NCBI GenBank assembly: GCA_032123435.1
Contig: JAQBFJ010000164.1
Location: 1 to 62,270 of the forward strand
From: Verrucomicrobiota bacterium
GTDB taxonomy: Bacteria > Verrucomicrobiota > Kiritimatiellia > UBA8416 > JAQBFJ01
Direction of reading: 5' to 3'
DNA: 62,270 nucleotides
The notes below the pieces were generated by a model. It ran no database searches. It saw nothing but the letters and a program-made list of their open reading frames with translations, and had not been told where the DNA came from. Positions 57,802-62,270 of this stretch are shown here, one piece after another (position 1 is the stretch's first letter; each line of letters opens with the position of its first letter). The translations under genes were made by a program, and so were the position numbers.

Positions 57802-60163
57802 CCCGCGGCAATGTTAAAATTGCCGACGCAAGACATAACAATCCGACACATTTAAGCACAGCCATTAGAAAACATGACGCGCCAATGCCGAACACAGGTA
57901 TCAAAATCACCCCCATTACAAAAGCGCCAATGGCGGAGCCCATATGATCCGCTGAATCCGTTATGGCAGCGGCCGTGCCGCCATCACCACCATCCGCATC
58001 ACGAAACAGCCTGTTGATAAGCGGAAATTCACCGCCAACTATCCAACCTACGATTCCTACTACAATATAAATAAGCGTTTCACGGAATATTCCGACATCA
58101 TGCCGCTCTATTATTCCCAGAAGGCTCGGCAATGTCAGAATAACTGCCAATAGCGCAAGCTCCAGACCTGCCATCGCACCCCACGCAATCCACCTGCGTC
58201 GGACTGAAGCCATCATCCGACCCGAAGGAGCGCCGAGCACAAGTCCCAGCATGAATGCCGCTACAATCAATCCTATTTTCGTATAAATATAGCCGTAAAG
58301 ACTCTGAAACGCGAATATCAACAATATCTCAAGAGCAATCCCGCAAAACCCGGTCGTAGCGATCAGCAGGCCTGCCATTGATTTACTCCAGCATGCAGAC
58401 ACCGAACCTATACGTAGAATCCGCAATATCGTGCCTACCAACAGGAAAATTATGCCTGAACACGCAATCATACGGCCCAACTGCCAATAACCTGTAGAAG
58501 CAACCGCGTTTAGAATCGTTGCCACCCTCGATCCACTGAACCGACACCATAGGAGCAGGTTATAAAAATACGTAACAGGCCTCATGACAGTATTCAAAGG
58601 CACATCCAATAACAAAAACCTTTCATGCACGTAACATGTCTTCTCGGTCGATATTTCATCGGCCCCAATAAAATATTCCGGCATGAAATATTCCGTTGGA
58701 ATTTGAGCGCTTTCATGCCGCATGGCCAGCAATCGGCGATTAAAATTCAAACGCGATTCAAGATTGCCCGCAAAAAACTTGTTCTTTGACCCAGCCGTCA
58801 CAAGTACCAAGGGGAAAACATGATACAGTGATTCATATACCGACGCACCCAAACGGACGGTATCCGACTGAAGACGTTCGGACGAATCAATAGCCGTGAA
58901 TAAAAATCCTTTTTCCTTTAAAATACGTTTTACATTTTCATAGAATTCCACTGTGTAAAACCTGTTGGCAGAAGATGTTGCAGGTTGAGGCGCATTAATA
59001 ATTACAATATCGAACTTATCACCGCATTCCCGCACGTAACGTGGACCGTCTTCGGTAACAACTTTGACACGATGATCAGAAACAAGTCTGTCGTATGCCG
59101 CCATATCAATCGCGCGCATCATCATACCGATACCGGGATCAATCTCCACATACACAAGATGTCTTAACCGATATTTCAGCAGTTCCGGCATATCTCCCAA
59201 TGGATTGCCGCCTAGAAGAAGGATATCTTTCGCGCCCGGATTCTGGGCCATAAGAAAAAGAATGCTGTGCTCGTACTCTATGGGGTCCGGGAAAACCCAC
59301 ATTATCTGGCCATTCCCATAAAGAGCGAACTGTCCTTCTGATTCCGTTACTGCCAGATTCTGATAGATCGTATCTTTCGATGCCACAAGCCGTACTGTTG
59401 GCGTATCCTGTTGATCATGGTTCATAATTCCAAAAGCATGCCAACGCGCGTTTGTCGCCTTCTCTTCGACGGTATCAAGCCAGCCGGGAACAACGAGCAC
59501 CATTGCCGCCAGACCAGCCGCAAGTACGGTTATAACCCGGCCAACAACACGTCTGGGTAAAATAATTCCAGCCCCTGTCACGGCAAGACAACTGCCCAAA
59601 AGCACCATTCTTAACGGGCTTAACAAAGGTATAAAAACATACGTGAGCAATACGCCACCCAGCATACTGCCTATCGCTTCAAACGTATAAACAAGGCTAA
59701 CATCGCCGACAGCATCCTGTGCTACGCCCTGCCGCTCCAGATTCATAACACTGCAAGCAAACGGAAAGAAGAATCCCACAATAAGACAAGTAGGCGAAAA
59801 TATAAGTAACGCGCTCGTTAGAACGGCTTCAAACGCCGCATATTCGCCCGGCGCCACATTCATCAACAACCGCGCAACACGCACCAGGTAAACCTGAACT
59901 GGAAATAGGACCGACGCGACCAGGAGAAGAACGGCCAGCAGGAACCTTCCTCTAGATACATCACGGAGAGACCTGACAAAGAACCGCGCCATGAACGCGC
60001 CTGCCCCTATACCGGTCAGCCAACTACCCAGTATTATTCCTATGGTCAGTTCGTTGCCCAAAAAAGCAACGAGCATTTCACGCATGAACAGCACTTGGGC
60101 AAAAACAGCAAACATGCCCAGAAACAACATTGCCGCCAATACTTTGTTTTTCAGAAGACTCAT
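57779..60163 (-). CDS. Fused polytopic membrane (MFS-like) / spermidine synthase-like protein
   Basis: 794 aa. About 7 N-terminal and about 6 C-terminal TM helices flank an aminopropyltransferase-like domain (ILLLGGNPLGDMP, VYVEIDPG, FDIVIINAPQPATSSANRFYTVEFY). Confidence 0.8.
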   Translation of the reverse strand: MSLLKNKVLAAMLFLGMFAVFAQVLFMREMLVAFLGNELTIGIILGSWLTGIGAGAFMARFFVRSLRDVSRGRFLLAVLLLVASVLFPVQVYLVRVARLLMNVAPGEYAAFEAVLTSALLIFSPTCLIVGFFFPFACSVMNLERQGVAQDAVGDVSLVYTFEAIGSMLGGVLLTYVFIPLLSPLRMVLLGSCLAVTGAGIILPRRVVGRVITVLAAGLAAMVLVVPGWLDTVEEKATNARWHAFGIMNHDQQDTPTVRLVASKDTIYQNLAVTESEGQFALYGNGQIMWVFPDPIEYEHSILFLMAQNPGAKDILLLGGNPLGDMPELLKYRLRHLVYVEIDPGIGMMMRAIDMAAYDRLVSDHRVKVVTEDGPRYVRECGDKFDIVIINAPQPATSSANRFYTVEFYENVKRILKEKGFLFTAIDSSERLQSDTVRLGASVYESLYHVFPLVLVTAGSKNKFFAGNLESRLNFNRRLLAMRHESAQIPTEYFMPEYFIGADEISTEKTCYVHERFLLLDVPLNTVMRPVTYFYNLLLWCRFSGSRVATILNAVASTGYWQLGRMIACSGIIFLLVGTILRILRIGSVSACWSKSMAGLLIATTGFCGIALEILLIFAFQSLYGYIYTKIGLIVAAFMLGLVLGAPSGRMMASVRRRWIAWGAMAGLELALLAVILTLPSLLGIIERHDVGIFRETLIYIVVGIVGWIVGGEFPLINRLFRDADGGDGGTAAAITDSADHMGSAIGAFVMGVILIPVFGIGASCFLMAVLKCVGLLCLASAILTLPRVSATLPE

Positions 60164-60228
60164 GCCTGTCCCGCAATAATCAAATGCCGTTTAACAAGCA
60201 CTTAATGTTTTGATTCTTTAAACCTCAC

Positions 60229-60933
60229 CTATTCTTCGGACAAGACCACGCTCTCAAAAACCATGAAAGTCATTCCGCTTTTCCATTCATTAAGTCCAAG
60301 TCCGGCCTTCATGCAAAGATGTTGAAGGGTCTGCTCCTGGGTCCAACGCTGTTCAATCGCCACTTCAGGCAGAAACACGGCGCCCGCGCCGCCTTTTTCT
60401 ATCCAAATACCATGCTGACCCAGCTTGAATTCATCCAATGAATTTATTTTTCGTCTTGGACTAAGCAATGAAACATGGATATTTATCTCTTTCATTTCCG
60501 ATTCTTTAATTGGATCGAACGAAAAACGGGAATCACGCGATGCATTTGCCGCGCTTCTTTGCACTGACATTGCCATAGGCTCGACTGCTTCCAGGCAGCC
60601 CATGCATCCTCTCAGCCTATCGCCATTCTTGAATGTAACAAAGGTAGCGCAATTATTCTTCAGCTTATCTGTAATGTTATATCCGTCAAGAGACAGCCTG
60701 CCGCCACCCTTAACGTTTTTTTCAAGCGTATCTCTGGCTATCGCGAACAAAGTGCGCTGTTCTTCCATACTTAAATCAGGCGACCAGTCTCCGCTTTTGT
60801 GTTCCTTTATCACTGCATTTACCTCCTGTTTAATGGAATTCATAATGGAACTCTGTTCTTCCCCTCCGATATGACCACATCCGCCAGCGGTTATAAGCAC
60901 AAAAACCAGTCCTGCAATAAGTATATTATTCAT
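60229..60933 (-). CDS. AmmeMemoRadiSam system protein A (AMMECR1 domain) with lipoprotein signal
   Basis: MNNILIAGLVFVLITAGGC lipobox. AMMECR1 core CATFVTFKNGDRLRGCMGCLE, RDSRFSFDPI, HGIWIEKGGAGAVFLPEV. Start at the ATG 8 nt after GGAG; upstream in-frame ATGs reach 60990. Confidence 0.85.
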   Translation of the reverse strand: MNNILIAGLVFVLITAGGCGHIGGEEQSSIMNSIKQEVNAVIKEHKSGDWSPDLSMEEQRTLFAIARDTLEKNVKGGGRLSLDGYNITDKLKNNCATFVTFKNGDRLRGCMGCLEAVEPMAMSVQRSAANASRDSRFSFDPIKESEMKEINIHVSLLSPRRKINSLDEFKLGQHGIWIEKGGAGAVFLPEVAIEQRWTQEQTLQHLCMKAGLGLNEWKSGMTFMVFESVVLSEE

Positions 60934-61113
60934 GTATGACACTCCATTTTTCATACGCTCTGATTTTGCCCTCAAATCCGCGTATCGCACGAGTTTTACG
61001 ACATCTATGTTATTCCAATGCTAATATGCGGACCAATACTAATAATATAATTACAAGAACCGTTATTAGGAGTATAATATTAGCTTCATTTTCAGCAAAA
61101 AGAAAGGATGAAC

Positions 61114-62270
61114 ATGTCCCGGAAAAAACATTTTATTACCGTCGGCATTACTATTGCGATTATATTATTATATCATGAATCATCTCAGGCAATTGGCCAA
61201 AAACCTTTACCTGCACGGTCTGAACCGGCCAGCACATCTGACTCCTGTTCCACGGAAATAGTATCATCTGTCCGCCCTGCCGGAATACTTACCCAGTCAC
61301 TCCGCAATGAAGTTGACTCGGCTATTGATCGCGGGCTCGACTGGCTTGCCGATAAACAGAAAGAAAATGGATCATGGTCCAACGGCGACTTTCCCGCATT
61401 GACCGCGCTTGCGGCACAAGCTTTTATCGGCAGTAAACATCCTGCAAGAGAACATGTAATAAAGAAAGCCGTTCAATATATCCTCACCTGTGTTCATGAA
61501 GATGGCGGGATATACAGGAATCTCTCGGATCGGCAGGGCGGCGGGCTGTGCAATTACAATACGGCTATTTGCATGAACATGTTATACCTCACTAAGGATC
61601 CAACCTTGATTCCCGTTGTTCAGAACGCCAGAACATTCATCGCCAACTCCCAGCACTTTGGGGGAGACATATATGACGGCGGATTCGGATATGACAGGAA
61701 CACACAAAGGGCATACGCCGACCTGTTAAACACTTATTATTCCGTTGAAGCGATGCAAGTTACCGCAGGCGCGGAAGAATTCCGCGGGGGATCCGAACGC
61801 AGAATTGACATCGACTGGGAAAAGACCATCAAATTTATCGAACAGATGCAGAATAAATCAGGCTCAGGCGAGAAAAACGAAGGCGGGTTCTTTTACAAAC
61901 CCGGCGAATCCAAGGCCGGAACAACGACCAATGATCAGGGAATCATTGTGTTCCGCTCATATGGCAGTATTACTTATGCCGGTCTTCTCAGCCTTATTTA
62001 CGCCGAAACATCCCGCAATGATCCACGTGTATTATCCGCGTTTCACTGGTCCGCCCGTCACTGGTCTCTTCAAGAAAACCCCGGCATGGGCGCCCAAGGT
62101 ATGTACTTCTTCTATAACATTCTCACAAAAGCGCTTCATGCTTATGGTTCCGACCTCATTCCCCGTCCAGATGGAATCACATTATCATGGCGTGAGGAAG
62201 TGGCAAAGCGACTTGTTGAACTTCAAAAAGTTGAGGCATCAGGCATGGGTTACTGGCAGAATGATACCGG
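61114..62270 (+). CDS. Prenyltransferase/squalene-oxidase repeat (terpene-cyclase-like alpha-alpha toroid) protein, 3' partial
   Basis: Manually translated ORF, open to the window end. Signal anchor MSRKKHFITVGITIAIILLY, then LDWLADKQKENGSWS, EDGGIY, GGFGYD and GGFFYKPG repeats. Not in the supplied track because no stop is reached. Confidence 0.7.
   Translation, partial: MSRKKHFITVGITIAIILLYHESSQAIGQKPLPARSEPASTSDSCSTEIVSSVRPAGILTQSLRNEVDSAIDRGLDWLADKQKENGSWSNGDFPALTALAAQAFIGSKHPAREHVIKKAVQYILTCVHEDGGIYRNLSDRQGGGLCNYNTAICMNMLYLTKDPTLIPVVQNARTFIANSQHFGGDIYDGGFGYDRNTQRAYADLLNTYYSVEAMQVTAGAEEFRGGSERRIDIDWEKTIKFIEQMQNKSGSGEKNEGGFFYKPGESKAGTTTNDQGIIVFRSYGSITYAGLLSLIYAETSRNDPRVLSAFHWSARHWSLQENPGMGAQGMYFFYNILTKALHAYGSDLIPRPDGITLSWREEVAKRLVELQKVEASGMGYWQNDT

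Overview
This 62.3-kb window is densely coded and looks chromosomal. Gene content (GH116, DUF2961/GH172, prenyltransferase-repeat and GYF_2 proteins) tentatively suggests a PVC-superphylum-like bacterium, inferred only from these families. I support about 50 CDSs, one gene remnant and two repeat or palindrome elements. I found no rRNA, tRNA, CRISPR array, integrase, transposase or prophage signal. Housekeeping genes are argC, argS, rpsU, parB, mtnA, queF, folB, gmd/rmd and an AddAB-like helicase-nuclease pair, interspersed with envelope and membrane-organisation modules. The most unusual loci are: (1) a four-gene operon of an ATP-cone/uridine-kinase-like protein, MlaE, an MlaF-position ABC domain with every catalytic motif degenerate, and an MCE-TPR fusion; (2) a PAS, 1049-aa coiled-coil and membrane-protein operon, where the coiled-coil protein has duplicated GYF-like modules at both ends; (3) two bactofilins (one fused to a zinc ribbon) directly upstream of parB, with no parA; (4) a partial AmmeMemoRadiSam locus whose radical SAM and AMMECR1 proteins both carry export signals, interrupted by a fused membrane/spermidine-synthase-like gene; (5) a translationally coupled SPFH pair with a triplicated N-terminal module; (6) an orphan CpaF ATPase abutting a truncated TIM-barrel gene. 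All family calls come from motif recognition by eye; no database search was run.
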